NCBI RefSeq assembly: GCF_013167455.1 | Contig: NZ_CP038328.1 | From: Escherichia coli O157:H7 | GTDB lineage: Bacteria; Pseudomonadota; Gammaproteobacteria; Enterobacterales; Enterobacteriaceae | Direction: 5' to 3' (one strand) | Length of the DNA: 64,000 nt | Shown here: one piece after another, positions 1 to 9,928 of the stretch | Position numbering within the stretch: position 1 is the stretch's first letter | Layout: every line of letters begins with the position of its first letter | Position numbers and translations under genes: made by a program | The notes under the pieces: model-generated | Databases searched by the model: none | The model's input: only the letters and a program-made list of their open reading frames with translations | Told to the model about the DNA's origin: nothing

Positions 1-555
1 GATGATTACGACAGTGAGTTTCGCTATCACGGTAAGCCGTTACCGGCACTAAAAAGTCTCGACGCGCCGCAGCGGGTGATTTATGCCGGAACATTCAGCA
101 AAGCGCTATTTCCTGCATTGCGCTGTGCGTGGCTGGTGGTGCCGGTGGAGCAGATTTCGCAATTCCGGCAGCAGGCGTCACTGGAACCATGTGCTGTACC
201 CGTACTGTGGCAGAACACACTGGCAGATTTCATCCGTGAGGGGCATTTCTGGCGGCATCTGAAGAAAATGCGCCAGCATTATGCCCAGCGACGGCAGTGG
301 ATTGAGCAGGCACTTACGCAGCAGGGATTTCAGGTTGTGCCGCAAAAAGGCGGTATCCAGATGGTGATCAAACTAGCAGGTAATGACGTGACATTCGTGC
401 ATAAAGCCAATGCTGCTGGTCTTGCCGTACAGGCACTTAGCGACTGGCGTATCCGCTCAAGCGAGGACGGAGGATTATTGCTCTCGTTTACGAATATCGT
501 TAGCGAAAGTATGGCGCGACAGGTAGCACAGCAATTGCGCAGTGCTTTAAATTAA
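1..555 (+). CDS. MocR/GntR-family PLP-dependent regulator, C-terminal aminotransferase-like domain (5' end outside window)
   Basis: Reading frame open from nt 1 to the stop at 553-555; translation ...AGTFSKALFPALRCAWLVVP... resembles the PLP-lysine region of MocR-type regulators. Confidence 0.5.
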   Translation, partial: DDYDSEFRYHGKPLPALKSLDAPQRVIYAGTFSKALFPALRCAWLVVPVEQISQFRQQASLEPCAVPVLWQNTLADFIREGHFWRHLKKMRQHYAQRRQWIEQALTQQGFQVVPQKGGIQMVIKLAGNDVTFVHKANAAGLAVQALSDWRIRSSEDGGLLLSFTNIVSESMARQVAQQLRSALN

Positions 556-558
556 TAA

Positions 559-579
559 CCCCGAAGCCAGGCTTCGGGG
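559..579. terminator. GC-rich hairpin between convergent genes
   Basis: ccccgaagcc-a-ggcttcgggg inverted repeat directly after the upstream stop codon. Confidence 0.45.
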
Positions 580-704
580 TCCTATAAGACTGGTGACCAG
601 GGCAAAATCCCCTGATGCGCTATGTTTTTCAGGCCTGTAGGCGGACAAGGCGTTGACGCACTGAGTACTTTTCAGAAGTCAGACTACTGCTTGTCATCGT
701 CTCA

Positions 705-1046
705 CTACGATTTACGCATGCTCAACAACGCACCGATAAAAATACCTACCGCAGCAGCAGTTCCCACACTACACCAGGGTCTTTCACGAACAAAAGAATC
801 CGCGCAGCCTACGGCATCGCGCGCGGCTTGCTGGACGCGAGTACGACCATGCATTCGCGCCCTGGTTTCTTTCAGCAATGCCTGAGCTTTACTGCGTGCG
901 GCTTCAGCTTCCCCTTTGGCGTCGCTGCCCCAGGACTTCAATACAGATTCGAGGCTGTCAGCTAATTGATTGACATCATTCTGGATATCCTGCACGCCAT
1001 CATCAACGTCGTTGCGGTTCGGTCGGTTAAACATATGATCCCCCAT
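705..1046 (-). CDS. ygaM: DUF883/ElaB-family ribosome-associated membrane protein YgaM
   Basis: 113-aa ORF, coiled-coil N-terminus plus C-terminal TM helix; matches remembered K-12 YgaM and its position next to ygaC. Confidence 0.8.
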   Translation of the reverse strand: MGDHMFNRPNRNDVDDGVQDIQNDVNQLADSLESVLKSWGSDAKGEAEAARSKAQALLKETRARMHGRTRVQQAARDAVGCADSFVRERPWCSVGTAAAVGIFIGALLSMRKS

Positions 1047-1185
1047 TAGAATTCGATGTAATTTTCAGTGTAGACCATAATTTTCTTAACTGAGGTTCAT
1101 CGCGGCTTTATGGACTTTTCTGAAAGCGTTGTGAATGCGCAATCAGGTAAGGTAGGCCCGCGGTTGATAATAACGAGGATCAAAT

Positions 1186-1530
1186 ATGTATTTACGACCA
1201 GACGAGGTGGCGCGCGTACTTGAAAAAGTCGGTTTTACTGTCGATGTGGTAACCCAGAAAGCGTATGGTTACCGCCGTGGGGAAAATTATGTCTATGTTA
1301 ATCGCGAAGCGCGAATGGGACGTACCGCTCTGGTAATTCATCCAACATTAAAAGAACGCAGTTCGACACTGGCTGAACCCGCTTCCGATATTAAAACTTG
1401 CGATCATTACCAGCAATTTCCGCTCTATTTAGCAGGCGAGCGACACGAGCATTACGGTATCCCGCATGGCTTTAGTTCGCGTGTTGCGCTTGAACGTTAT
1501 TTGAATGGTTTATTTGGCGAAGCCAGTTAA
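1186..1530 (+). CDS. ygaC: Uncharacterised protein YgaC (DUF2002)
   Basis: 114-aa ORF in the K-12 gene order between ygaM and alaE. Confidence 0.75.
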
Positions 1531-1533
1531 AGA

Positions 1534-1556
1534 CGCGACTGGCGATGCCAGTCGCG
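1534..1556. terminator. Hairpin between convergent ygaC and alaE
   Basis: Perfect 10-bp stem cgcgactggc/gccagtcgcg with 3-nt loop; flanked by A/T runs. Confidence 0.5.
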
Positions 1557-1566
1557 AAAAGAAGAG

Positions 1567-2016
1567 TCAGGCTTTTACCTGCTGGTAACGGCTGACTTTA
1601 AACAGTCGGCGGCAATAATCGAGGAAGTAGCCATAAACCGCCCCCATCAACATCGAAACAACGATGTTTGAACTGACCGCCGCCATAATCTGATGCCAGT
1701 CTGCGCCCACCACTAACAAGATCGCCACATACACCGGTGACTGGAACGTCACATAAGCCAGGATATCCGCCAGATTTTTTATCCAGCCCGACGGGCTAAC
1801 TTTGCGTGCCGCGCGCATAAACAGATCGCGGTACATACCGTATGGCCATGCAATTAAGATGTTCACCGGAATCGCTACCAATCTGGAATAAAAAGACTGT
1901 TCGAAGCTCATTCCGGAGAGGAAAACTTCAATACACATGTTCACGACAGAACAGTAAACAACCATCGCGAACGTATCTGCAACTGCATGACGCAAGCGTG
2001 ACTGCGGTGAGAACAT
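1567..2016 (-). CDS. alaE: L-alanine exporter AlaE
   Basis: 149-aa hydrophobic ORF matching remembered AlaE (YgaW); synteny with stpA. Confidence 0.8.
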   Translation of the reverse strand: MFSPQSRLRHAVADTFAMVVYCSVVNMCIEVFLSGMSFEQSFYSRLVAIPVNILIAWPYGMYRDLFMRAARKVSPSGWIKNLADILAYVTFQSPVYVAILLVVGADWHQIMAAVSSNIVVSMLMGAVYGYFLDYCRRLFKVSRYQQVKA

Positions 2017-2039
2017 GCTAATGCTCCTTAATAAAAGCG

Positions 2040-2683
2040 TAATGGGATGTTAATGGAGATGAAAGCAGTGGATCTCATTGCCATCTGCATTTTCGCATAG
2101 CGTATATCGCTGGCTATGACTAATCAATTAGTGAAAAATTTTTATTTAGTCAGTTTTTGTAGATAAAATATTCCGTAACGGCTCGTTTTTTGTGCATTGT
2201 GGATTTTTACATGCTGATATGATTTATTTTCAATTAAATCAATTGGATATGACCTTTCCTTTAATTTCGCTAATGAAAGTTTGGGGGTGAGGTAACGCTA
2301 TAAGCGTAGAGAATTCGGTGTATGTCGTGACCGGGTCATTTACAGCATTTTTTATGCCAGAAAATGTACATTAACAGCAGAAAGCACCAGTGAGGGGTGT
2401 TTTATTTTATTCTGTTATATTGCATTTTTATTCACTTTGGTTTTGTCAGGCTTGCGGAATTAGCGAGCAGAGAGCGCCGTTCTGTTCACCAATAATCTAA
2501 ATTACTCATCAAAATGGCTAATATATAATCTTGAAATTATTCTGAGAGTTTCAGAAAATAACAGCTGAAATAATCTCGCGCAGGACTGTAAATAGATTAA
2601 ATTTTGTGGAAATATAATAAGTGATCGCTTACACTACGCGACGAAATACTTTTTTGTTTTGGCGTTAAAAGGTTTTCTTTATT
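2040..2683 (+). promoter_or_regulatory. AT-rich upstream region of stpA (H-NS/StpA/Lrp-regulated promoter region in K-12)
   Basis: About 640 nt of very AT-rich non-coding DNA with A/T tracts immediately upstream of stpA. Confidence 0.4.
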
Positions 2684-3088
2684 ATGTCCGTAATGTTACA
2701 AAGTTTAAATAACATTCGCACCCTCCGTGCGATGGCTCGCGAATTCTCCATTGACGTTCTTGAAGAAATGCTCGAAAAATTCAGGGTTGTCACTAAAGAA
2801 AGACGTGAAGAAGAAGAACAGCAGCAGCGTGAACTGGCAGAGCGCCAGGAAAAAATTAGCACCTGGCTGGAGCTGATGAAAGCTGACGGAATTAACCCGG
2901 AAGAGTTATTGGGTAATAGCTCTGCTGCTGCACCACGTGCTGGTAAAAAACGCCAGCCGCGTCCGGCGAAATATAAATTCACCGATGTTAACGGTGAAAC
3001 TAAAACCTGGACCGGTCAGGGCCGTACACCGAAGCCAATCGCTCAGGCGCTGGCAGAAGGTAAATCTCTCGACGATTTCCTGATCTAA
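2684..3088 (+). CDS. stpA: H-NS paralogue StpA, nucleoid-associated protein
   Basis: 134-aa ORF with H-NS-like N-terminal coiled coil and C-terminal [12 protein letters not shown]-binding motif. Confidence 0.9.
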   Translation: MSVMLQSLNNIRTLRAMAREFSIDVLEEMLEKFRVVTKERREEEEQQQRELAERQEKISTWLELMKADGINPEELLGNSSAAAPRAGKKRQPRPAKYKFTDVNGETKTWTGQGRTPKPIAQALAEGKSLDDFLI

Positions 3089-3140
3089 TTACTGAGGCCG
3101 GATGTCGCTGCTAGGGCGCGTCCGGCGTCGCTTCTCAAGC

Positions 3141-3659
3141 TCATTGGTTCCACGGCATCTTATCTAACAACCTTGCCATCCCACAAAAACCGCTAATTCC
3201 TGCAAACAGTAACCCGGCACCAACAAAGCCGCTTAATAAGAAGAAACCGCTATTTACGGTATAACCCAGTATAACGCCGATTAATATTAAACCACCCGCA
3301 GCGATCTGCACCTGGCGCATTAACGGCAAGGGTTGAGATTTATTTACCGCTACTGGTAATCCTGCTTTTTTCCAGCCATCAATCCCATCTTCGAGTAAAA
3401 AGATTTCTGCGGGGGCGGCAATCGCTGCTAATTTATCGGCGTTATTACTGGTGCGTTTACCTGCCTGGCAGTGGAATATAATTTGATCGCGACGTAATTT
3501 AGCCGGGAGACCTGACTGTTCCAGCACGGATAATGGAGCCAGATCTGCTTCAGGAATATGTTCACGAAGATATTCATCAGCGTCACGAATATCGATTAAC
3601 TTTGCGCCGCGTGCGATTAATTCTTGTGCATCATGCGGCGAAATGGTTGTCAAAGCCAT
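3141..3659 (-). CDS. ygaP: Rhodanese-domain inner membrane sulfurtransferase YgaP
   Basis: 172-aa ORF with rhodanese active-site Cys motif (FHCQAGKR) and C-terminal TM helices. Confidence 0.8.
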   Translation of the reverse strand: MALTTISPHDAQELIARGAKLIDIRDADEYLREHIPEADLAPLSVLEQSGLPAKLRRDQIIFHCQAGKRTSNNADKLAAIAAPAEIFLLEDGIDGWKKAGLPVAVNKSQPLPLMRQVQIAAGGLILIGVILGYTVNSGFFLLSGFVGAGLLFAGISGFCGMARLLDKMPWNQ

Positions 3660-3668
3660 AGTGACTCC

Positions 3669-3968
3669 TTACGGACAATAGACATTTTTCAGGGTGGCGA
3701 TAATGGCATTTACCGCCTCATTTTTAATGGAATATAGAATGCGTTGGGCATCCCGTTGGCTGTTGATAAGCCCTTCGTCCCGCATACGAGCGAGATGCTG
3801 TGATGTCGCAGAGGCGCTCAGTCCGGTAATGCGCGTCAGCTCTCCCGCGCTGGTGCCGGGGGAACCGCTAAGCATGCACAGAATCAGCAACCGTTTAGGG
3901 TGGCTCATTGCTTTCAATAAGGCCGCTGCCTGTTCAGCACTGGCCTGTAATTGCGTGAGTTCGGTCAT
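3669..3968 (-). CDS. ygaV: ArsR-family transcriptional regulator YgaV
   Basis: 99-aa ORF with winged-helix ArsR features (LILCML...GELT); 10 nt upstream of ygaP, operon-like. Confidence 0.8.
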   Translation of the reverse strand: MTELTQLQASAEQAAALLKAMSHPKRLLILCMLSGSPGTSAGELTRITGLSASATSQHLARMRDEGLINSQRDAQRILYSIKNEAVNAIIATLKNVYCP

Positions 3969-4150
3969 AGTTATTTAAGTATTTTCTAAATTAAGTAAAC
4001 TCTAAACTAAAAATGCAACATATACCAGCCTCAGCAGCGTAAATGAGAGTAAAAGCGTAAGCTGAAACTGGCAGCCTCCGCTAAAATTACTACGCTTAAG
4101 AGATAAAATCTCTTTTTAAACAATAAGTAATTTTCTTATAGGGAGTACAT

Positions 4151-4309
4151 ATGGGTTTCTGGAGAATCGTCATCACCATCATTCTGCCGCCGCTCGGCGT
4201 GCTGCTCGGTAAAGGGTTCGGTTGGGCGTTCATTATTAATATTCTGTTGACACTGCTTGGGTATATCCCCGGTTTGATTCACGCGTTCTGGGTGCAAACC
4301 CGCGATTAA
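4151..4309 (+). CDS. yqaE: Pmp3/UPF0057 small membrane protein YqaE
   Basis: ATG at 4151 translates MGFWRIVITIILPPLGVLLGKGFGWAFIINILLTLLGYIPGLIHAFWVQTRD (52 aa); below the ORF-track size cut-off. Confidence 0.75.
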   Translation: MGFWRIVITIILPPLGVLLGKGFGWAFIINILLTLLGYIPGLIHAFWVQTRD

Positions 4310-4392
4310 ACCTGTGCTCATCCCCGCGGCGTTAACGCGCCGCGTTCCTCTACTACACTTTCTGAGTGTTTCCGTTAACGAATGAGGTAGCT

Positions 4393-4842
4393 ATGGGTCT
4401 GTTCAATTTTGTGAAAGATGCCGGAGAAAAACTCTGGGACGCGGTTACAGGTCAGCACGATAAAGATGATCAGGCGAAGAAGGTGCAGGAGCATCTGAGC
4501 AAAACCGGTATACCTGATGCCGATAAAGTGAACATTCAAATTACCGATGGCAAAGCGACGGTCACTGGTGACGGCCTGAGTCAGGAGGCGAAGGAGAAAA
4601 TCCTTGTTGCGGTGGGGAATATTTCCGGTATTGCCAGTGTTGATGATCAGGTGAAAACGGCGACACCAGCCACTGCCAGCCAGTTTTATACCGTTAAGTC
4701 TGGCGACACTCTGAGTGCCATTTCCAAACAGGTCTACGGTAACGCTAATCTGTACAATAAAATCTTCGAAGCGAATAAACCGATGCTAAAAAGCCCGGAT
4801 AAAATTTATCCGGGGCAAGTGTTGCGTATTCCGGAAGAGTAG
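4393..4842 (+). CDS. ygaU: BON/LysM-domain potassium-binding protein YgaU (Kbp)
   Basis: [15 protein letters not shown] start preceded by a GAGG Shine-Dalgarno; C-terminal LysM motif ([13 protein letters not shown]...YPGQVLRIP). Confidence 0.85.
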   Translation: MGLFNFVKDAGEKLWDAVTGQHDKDDQAKKVQEHLSKTGIPDADKVNIQITDGKATVTGDGLSQEAKEKILVAVGNISGIASVDDQVKTATPATASQFYTVKSGDTLSAISKQVYGNANLYNKIFEANKPMLKSPDKIYPGQVLRIPEE

Positions 4843-5505
4843 TTAATTGCCAGCCATCGCCTGCTGGATAATGGGAATTGGCGTCAGTAAATGCTGGCGC
4901 ATTAACTCACTGGCGCGCGCGGTATCTCGCGCCAGTACCGCCGCAGTCAGGGTCTGGTGCTGATCGTGTTTATCCTCCAGCATTTCCACCGAAAGCACCG
5001 TTCGCCGCAGCCAGATAAATCGATAACGCGCCGCCAGATCAAACAACCGTTCACGCATTTGCAGCAAATAGTGAGAACCACAGCCCGCCACAATTGCAGT
5101 ATGAAACGCCTGATGACGCAGATCCCACTCATCAAGCATTTTCTCGCTGGCGTCACAGGCCTCAAGCTTACTCAGCAGATGCGCTTTTGCGAGAACGTCT
5201 GCCTCCCACTCATCGCCACCGCGGGCAATCGCCAGACTCACTAACATCGCTTCCATATTGGCGCGGGCGTCGAAAATATCGAGCAGCTCCTGCTCTGACA
5301 TAGACGCCACCCGATACCCTTTTTGATTCACCACCGTGACCAGCCGTTCCGCCACCAGTTGCGAAAGAGCTTCCCGTAACGGCCCAACGCCAAGTGCATA
5401 ACGCGATGTCAGCAAACTCATTCGTAATTTTTCATCCGGTTGAAAATTACCGCGAATAATATCGTTCTTCAGCCAGCGATAGCCATCCAGAGACGTAATG
5501 GTCAT
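4843..5505 (-). CDS. csiR: GntR/FadR-family repressor CsiR
   Basis: ORF translation from the MTITSLDGYRWLKNDII start gives 220 aa; conserved position downstream of gabP. Confidence 0.85.
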   Translation of the reverse strand: MTITSLDGYRWLKNDIIRGNFQPDEKLRMSLLTSRYALGVGPLREALSQLVAERLVTVVNQKGYRVASMSEQELLDIFDARANMEAMLVSLAIARGGDEWEADVLAKAHLLSKLEACDASEKMLDEWDLRHQAFHTAIVAGCGSHYLLQMRERLFDLAARYRFIWLRRTVLSVEMLEDKHDQHQTLTAAVLARDTARASELMRQHLLTPIPIIQQAMAGN

Positions 5506-5525
5506 GGTGTGACTCCTGATCATTA

Positions 5526-6926
5526 TCAGCGCGTATTATGAACGGGTGTTTTTTGCCACAATACCAGCTTTTTCCAGCGCGCCATAATCGGCACGGTACA
5601 GATAATCCCTATCGCTAATAAGCCGGTAGAGATCACTTCTAACTGTTGCGCCGGGCGGAATAACATCACCACCAACACAAAGGTAATAAAGCCGATTACC
5701 AGCCAGGTGAGCCACGGGTAAAGCCACATGCGCAAGCGAATTTCGCTTCCTTCTGCTCGCAGAATTTTACGCATCCGCAACTGTGAAACGGCGATGACTA
5801 AATAAACCAGCAGGGCGATAGCACCGGAGCTGTCGATCAGGAATTTAAACACTTTCGCAGGTGCGTAATAGTTCACCACGACCGTTAAAAATGCCGCTCC
5901 GGTGGAGAGTAACACCGCCACATACGGGGTTTTACTGCGGTTGATTTTGCCCATTACCGCGGGCGCATCACCGCGACGGCTTAAGGAGTAGAGCATCCTT
6001 GACGCGGTATACAGCGCCGAGTTCAGGCAACTGGTTACGGAAAGTAATATCACGCAGTCCATGATTAATTTCGCATGGGGTATATTGAGCAATTCCAGAA
6101 CCGAGCGATAAGATCCAACGGCTTTCAGCCCCGGCATATTCCACGGTATTAACGCCACTACGACAAAAATAGAGCACAAATAGAAGATAGAAATACGCCA
6201 GATAACCGAGTTGGTAGCGCGGACAATATGTTTTTCCGGCGTGTCGGATTCCGCGGCGGCAATGGTGACAATTTCTGCGCCCATAAACGAGAACATGGTG
6301 ATCAACATCGCGCTTAATACCGCACCGAAGCCGTTGGGCATAAAGCCGCCGCTATCCCACAATCTTGAGATCCCGCTCACGTCGGCATACGGGTAAAAAC
6401 CGCTAATTGCGACTGCACCAAGGAAAATAAAGGCCAGGATAGCGATGACTTTGCACAGCGCCAGCCAGAACTCAAATTCGCCGTAGTTTTTAACGCTTAA
6501 TAAATTACTGCCAGTTAAGGCAAGGGTAATGACGAGGGAAAATAACCAGATGGGAATGCCTGGAACCCATGAGTGCAGGATCATGGCGGCGATGTTGGCT
6601 TCCAGCGGGATAACCAGTACCCAAAACCACCAGTACAACCAGCCGATGGTATAACCCGCCCAACGACCAATAGCTTTATCGGCATAGGTGGAAAACGAAC
6701 CGGTATCGGGCGTGGCAACCGCCATTTCCGCCAACATCCGCATAATCATAACCACCAGTAGCCCGGCGAACAGATAGGCCAGTAATACCGCCGGGCCCGC
6801 TTCGGCGATGGCGACGCTGGAACCGACAAACAGACTTGCGCCGATAACACCGGCAATAGACAACATGGTGACATGGCGTGACTTCAGCCCGCCGCCTAAC
6901 TCATGTGGTTGCGATGATTGCCCCAT
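5526..6926 (-). CDS. gabP: GABA permease GabP (APC family)
   Basis: 466 aa from the MGQSSQPHELGGGLKSRH start; 12-TM amino-acid permease; follows gabT. Confidence 0.9.
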   Translation of the reverse strand: MGQSSQPHELGGGLKSRHVTMLSIAGVIGASLFVGSSVAIAEAGPAVLLAYLFAGLLVVMIMRMLAEMAVATPDTGSFSTYADKAIGRWAGYTIGWLYWWFWVLVIPLEANIAAMILHSWVPGIPIWLFSLVITLALTGSNLLSVKNYGEFEFWLALCKVIAILAFIFLGAVAISGFYPYADVSGISRLWDSGGFMPNGFGAVLSAMLITMFSFMGAEIVTIAAAESDTPEKHIVRATNSVIWRISIFYLCSIFVVVALIPWNMPGLKAVGSYRSVLELLNIPHAKLIMDCVILLSVTSCLNSALYTASRMLYSLSRRGDAPAVMGKINRSKTPYVAVLLSTGAAFLTVVVNYYAPAKVFKFLIDSSGAIALLVYLVIAVSQLRMRKILRAEGSEIRLRMWLYPWLTWLVIGFITFVLVVMLFRPAQQLEVISTGLLAIGIICTVPIMARWKKLVLWQKTPVHNTR

Positions 6927-7163
6927 CCTGAATCCTCTCGAAAGTGTGTCACTTGGGAGAGCGCCCCGACATTTCCCGCGTCGGGTCACGCGTATAATTG
7001 TTATTGATTCTTTTTGCCGGAGAGCGGCTCCGCCTTACCCGGCCAACATAGATTTATTCCTGTTCACGTACAGATTGTCGGATGCGGCGTAAACGCCTTA
7101 TCCGACCTGGATCCCCGTAGGCCGGACAAGACGCGCAGCGTCGCCTCCGGCATAGGAGCGGCG

Positions 7164-8444
7164 CTACTGCTTTGCCTCAGCAAAACACTGGCTGATGATC
7201 TCCAGACCCTGACGGATCTGAGCGTCTTCAATGGTGAGCGGTACAAGGATGCGCAGCACGTTGTAATACGGGCCGCAGGAGAGAAGAATCAGGCCTTTAT
7301 CGCGGGCGCGAGCCACGATCTCGGCGGTGAGTTTGGCGTCCGGCTTGTTGTGATCGCCGTCTTCAAACAGCTCGATGGCGATCATCGCCCCCAGCCCGCG
7401 TACGTCGCCGATCTCAGGGTGTTTTTCGGCGATCGCCAACAATCCATCTTTCAACTTCTGCCCCAGATCGTTGGCTTTCTGCAGCAGATTTTCCTGCTCG
7501 AACACCTTCAACACTTCCAGCGCCGCCACGCAGGCAATCGGATTACCGGCATAGGTGCCACCCAGCCCGCCTGGAGCGACGGCATCCATCACTTCGGCGC
7601 GCCCGGTGACGCCCGCCAGTGGGAAGCCGCCTGCGATCGATTTCGCAAAGGTGGTGAGATCTGGTGCCACGCCCATTTGCTCCATCGCAAACAGCGTGCC
7701 GGTACGCCCCGCGCCGCTCTGCACTTCATCGGCAATCAGCATGATCCCGTGCTCGTCACACAGCGCGCGTAAACGCTGCATAAACGCAGGCGTCGCGGCG
7801 TAGAAACCGCCTTCGCCCTGAACCGGCTCAATCACGATGGCGGCGATATCTTCCGGCGCAGCATCATTTTTAAAAATTCGGTGGATACTGGCGATAGCAT
7901 CATCTTCACTGATGCCGTGCAGTGGGCAAGGATAAAGCGCGCGATAAACGTGCCCTGGCATCAGGCCCATGCCCGCAGAGTACGGATTCACCTTGCCGGT
8001 CAGCGCCAGCGTGTAATGCGTGCGCCCGTGATACGCGCCGCTAAAAGCGATGGTGCCGCTACGTTTGGTGGCAGCGCGGGCGATTTTCACCGCGTTTTCC
8101 ACCGCTTCGGAACCGGTCGTAACCAGCAGCGTTTTCTTGGCAAAATCGCCCGGCACCTTCTGATTCATAATCTCGCACAGCTCCAGATACGGCTCGTAAG
8201 CCAGCACCTGGAAGCAGGTGTGCGACAGTTTTTTCAACTGCGCTTCCACCGCGGCAACCACTTTCGGATGCAGGTGCCCGGTATTGAGCACCGCAATGCC
8301 GCCCGCGAAATCAAGATACTCACGGCCTTCAACGTCCCACACCCGGCAGTTTTCCGCGCGATCAGCGAAAATGGGGTGAATTTGCCCAACGCCACGAGGA
8401 ATTGCCTGACTGCGGCGCTGCATTAACTCTTTATTGCTGCTCAT
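7164..8444 (-). CDS. gabT: 4-aminobutyrate aminotransferase GabT
   Basis: 426-aa class-III aminotransferase with PLP-lysine context; gabD-gabT-gabP order. Confidence 0.95.
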   Translation of the reverse strand: MSSNKELMQRRSQAIPRGVGQIHPIFADRAENCRVWDVEGREYLDFAGGIAVLNTGHLHPKVVAAVEAQLKKLSHTCFQVLAYEPYLELCEIMNQKVPGDFAKKTLLVTTGSEAVENAVKIARAATKRSGTIAFSGAYHGRTHYTLALTGKVNPYSAGMGLMPGHVYRALYPCPLHGISEDDAIASIHRIFKNDAAPEDIAAIVIEPVQGEGGFYAATPAFMQRLRALCDEHGIMLIADEVQSGAGRTGTLFAMEQMGVAPDLTTFAKSIAGGFPLAGVTGRAEVMDAVAPGGLGGTYAGNPIACVAALEVLKVFEQENLLQKANDLGQKLKDGLLAIAEKHPEIGDVRGLGAMIAIELFEDGDHNKPDAKLTAEIVARARDKGLILLSCGPYYNVLRILVPLTIEDAQIRQGLEIISQCFAEAKQ

Positions 8445-8457
8445 TCGCGTTCTCCAG

Positions 8458-9906
8458 TTAAAGACCGATGCACATATATTTGATTTCTAAGTAATCTTCG
8501 ATGCCATACTTCGAACCTTCACGACCCAGACCCGAGGCTTTAATGCCGCCGAACGGGGCCACTTCATTGGAAATAATCCCGGTATTGATGCCGACGATGC
8601 CGTACTCCAGCGCCTCGCCCACGCGGAAGACGCGACTTAAATCACGGGCATAGAAATAGGCGGCAAGGCCAAACTCGGTGTCATTGGCTTGCGCGATCAC
8701 ATCGGCTTCATCTTTAAAACGGAACAGCGGGGCGAGGGGGCCGAAGGTCTCTTCTTTCGACACTTTGGCGTTGGCCGGCACGTCCACCAGAATGGTGGGC
8801 TGGAAGAAGTTGCCGCCGCGTTCATGTGCTTTACCGCCGCAAACTACGCGCGCGCCTTTTTCCAGCGCATCGGCAATATGCTCTTCCACTTTTGCTACCG
8901 CTTTTTCATCGATCAGCGGCCCGATGGTGACGCCTTTATCCAGCCCGTCGCCGATATGCAGTTTGCTCACCGCCTGCTGCAATTTTTCGGCAAAGCGGTC
9001 ATACACGCCGTCCTGCACGTATAAACGGTTGGCGCAGACGCAGGTTTGCCCGGCGTTGCGGAATTTCGAGGCCAGTGCGCCTTCCACGGCTTTATCGAGA
9101 TCGGCATCGTCAAAGACGATAAACGGCGCGTTGCCGCCCAGCTCCAGCGACACTTTTTTGATGTCTTTCGCGCACTGTTCCATTAACTGGCGGCCAATTT
9201 CGGTCGAGCCGGTAAACGACAGTTTGCGTACCAGCGGGTTGCTGGTCAGTTCATTACCCACCGCGCCCGCCGAACCGGTGACCACGTTAAACACGCCAGC
9301 CGGAATGCCCGCGCGGATCGCCAGCTCCGCCAGCGCCAGCGCAGAGAACGGCGTCTGACTGGCGGGCTTCAGCACCATGGTGCAGCCTGCCGCCAGCGCC
9401 GGACCGGCTTTGCGGGTAATCATTGCCGCCGGAAAGTTCCACGGCGTGATGGCCGCTGTAACGCCAATCGGCTGCTTGATCACAATCAGGCGCTTATCGG
9501 CCTGATGACCGGGAATGGTGTCGCCATAAATGCGTTTGCCTTCTTCGGCAAACCACTCAATAAAAGAGGCGGCGTAGCTGATTTCGCCTTTCGCTTCAGC
9601 CAGCGGTTTACCCTGTTCGAGGGTCATCAGGCGCGCTAAATCGTCCTGATGCTCCATCATCAAATTGAACCAGTTGCGCAGAATGTTGGCGCGTTCTTTG
9701 GCGGTGAGCGCACGCCAGACGGGCAGGGCGCGGTTGGCGGCGTCGATAGCGGCGCGAGTTTCATCAGCGCCCATTTTCGGCACGCTACCCAGCTTGTCGC
9801 CGTTCGCCGGATTGGTGACGTCGATGACTTCACCATTGTTGGCGTCCAGCCATTCCCCGTTAATCAACGCCTGCTGGCGGAATAAGTTACTGTCGTTCAG
9901 TTTCAT
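8458..9906 (-). CDS. gabD: NADP-dependent succinate-semialdehyde dehydrogenase GabD
   Basis: 482-aa aldehyde dehydrogenase with catalytic Cys/Glu motifs (GQTCVCANR, ELGGNAP). Confidence 0.95.
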   Translation of the reverse strand: MKLNDSNLFRQQALINGEWLDANNGEVIDVTNPANGDKLGSVPKMGADETRAAIDAANRALPVWRALTAKERANILRNWFNLMMEHQDDLARLMTLEQGKPLAEAKGEISYAASFIEWFAEEGKRIYGDTIPGHQADKRLIVIKQPIGVTAAITPWNFPAAMITRKAGPALAAGCTMVLKPASQTPFSALALAELAIRAGIPAGVFNVVTGSAGAVGNELTSNPLVRKLSFTGSTEIGRQLMEQCAKDIKKVSLELGGNAPFIVFDDADLDKAVEGALASKFRNAGQTCVCANRLYVQDGVYDRFAEKLQQAVSKLHIGDGLDKGVTIGPLIDEKAVAKVEEHIADALEKGARVVCGGKAHERGGNFFQPTILVDVPANAKVSKEETFGPLAPLFRFKDEADVIAQANDTEFGLAAYFYARDLSRVFRVGEALEYGIVGINTGIISNEVAPFGGIKASGLGREGSKYGIEDYLEIKYMCIGL

Positions 9907-9928
9907 CGCTACATCCTGTTTTCAAAGG

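Noticed and set aside
8678-9358. 226-aa and 111-aa plus-strand ORFs inside gabD
   Set aside because: Antisense shadow ORFs within a well-supported GC-rich gene; Ser/Ala/Pro-rich low-complexity translation
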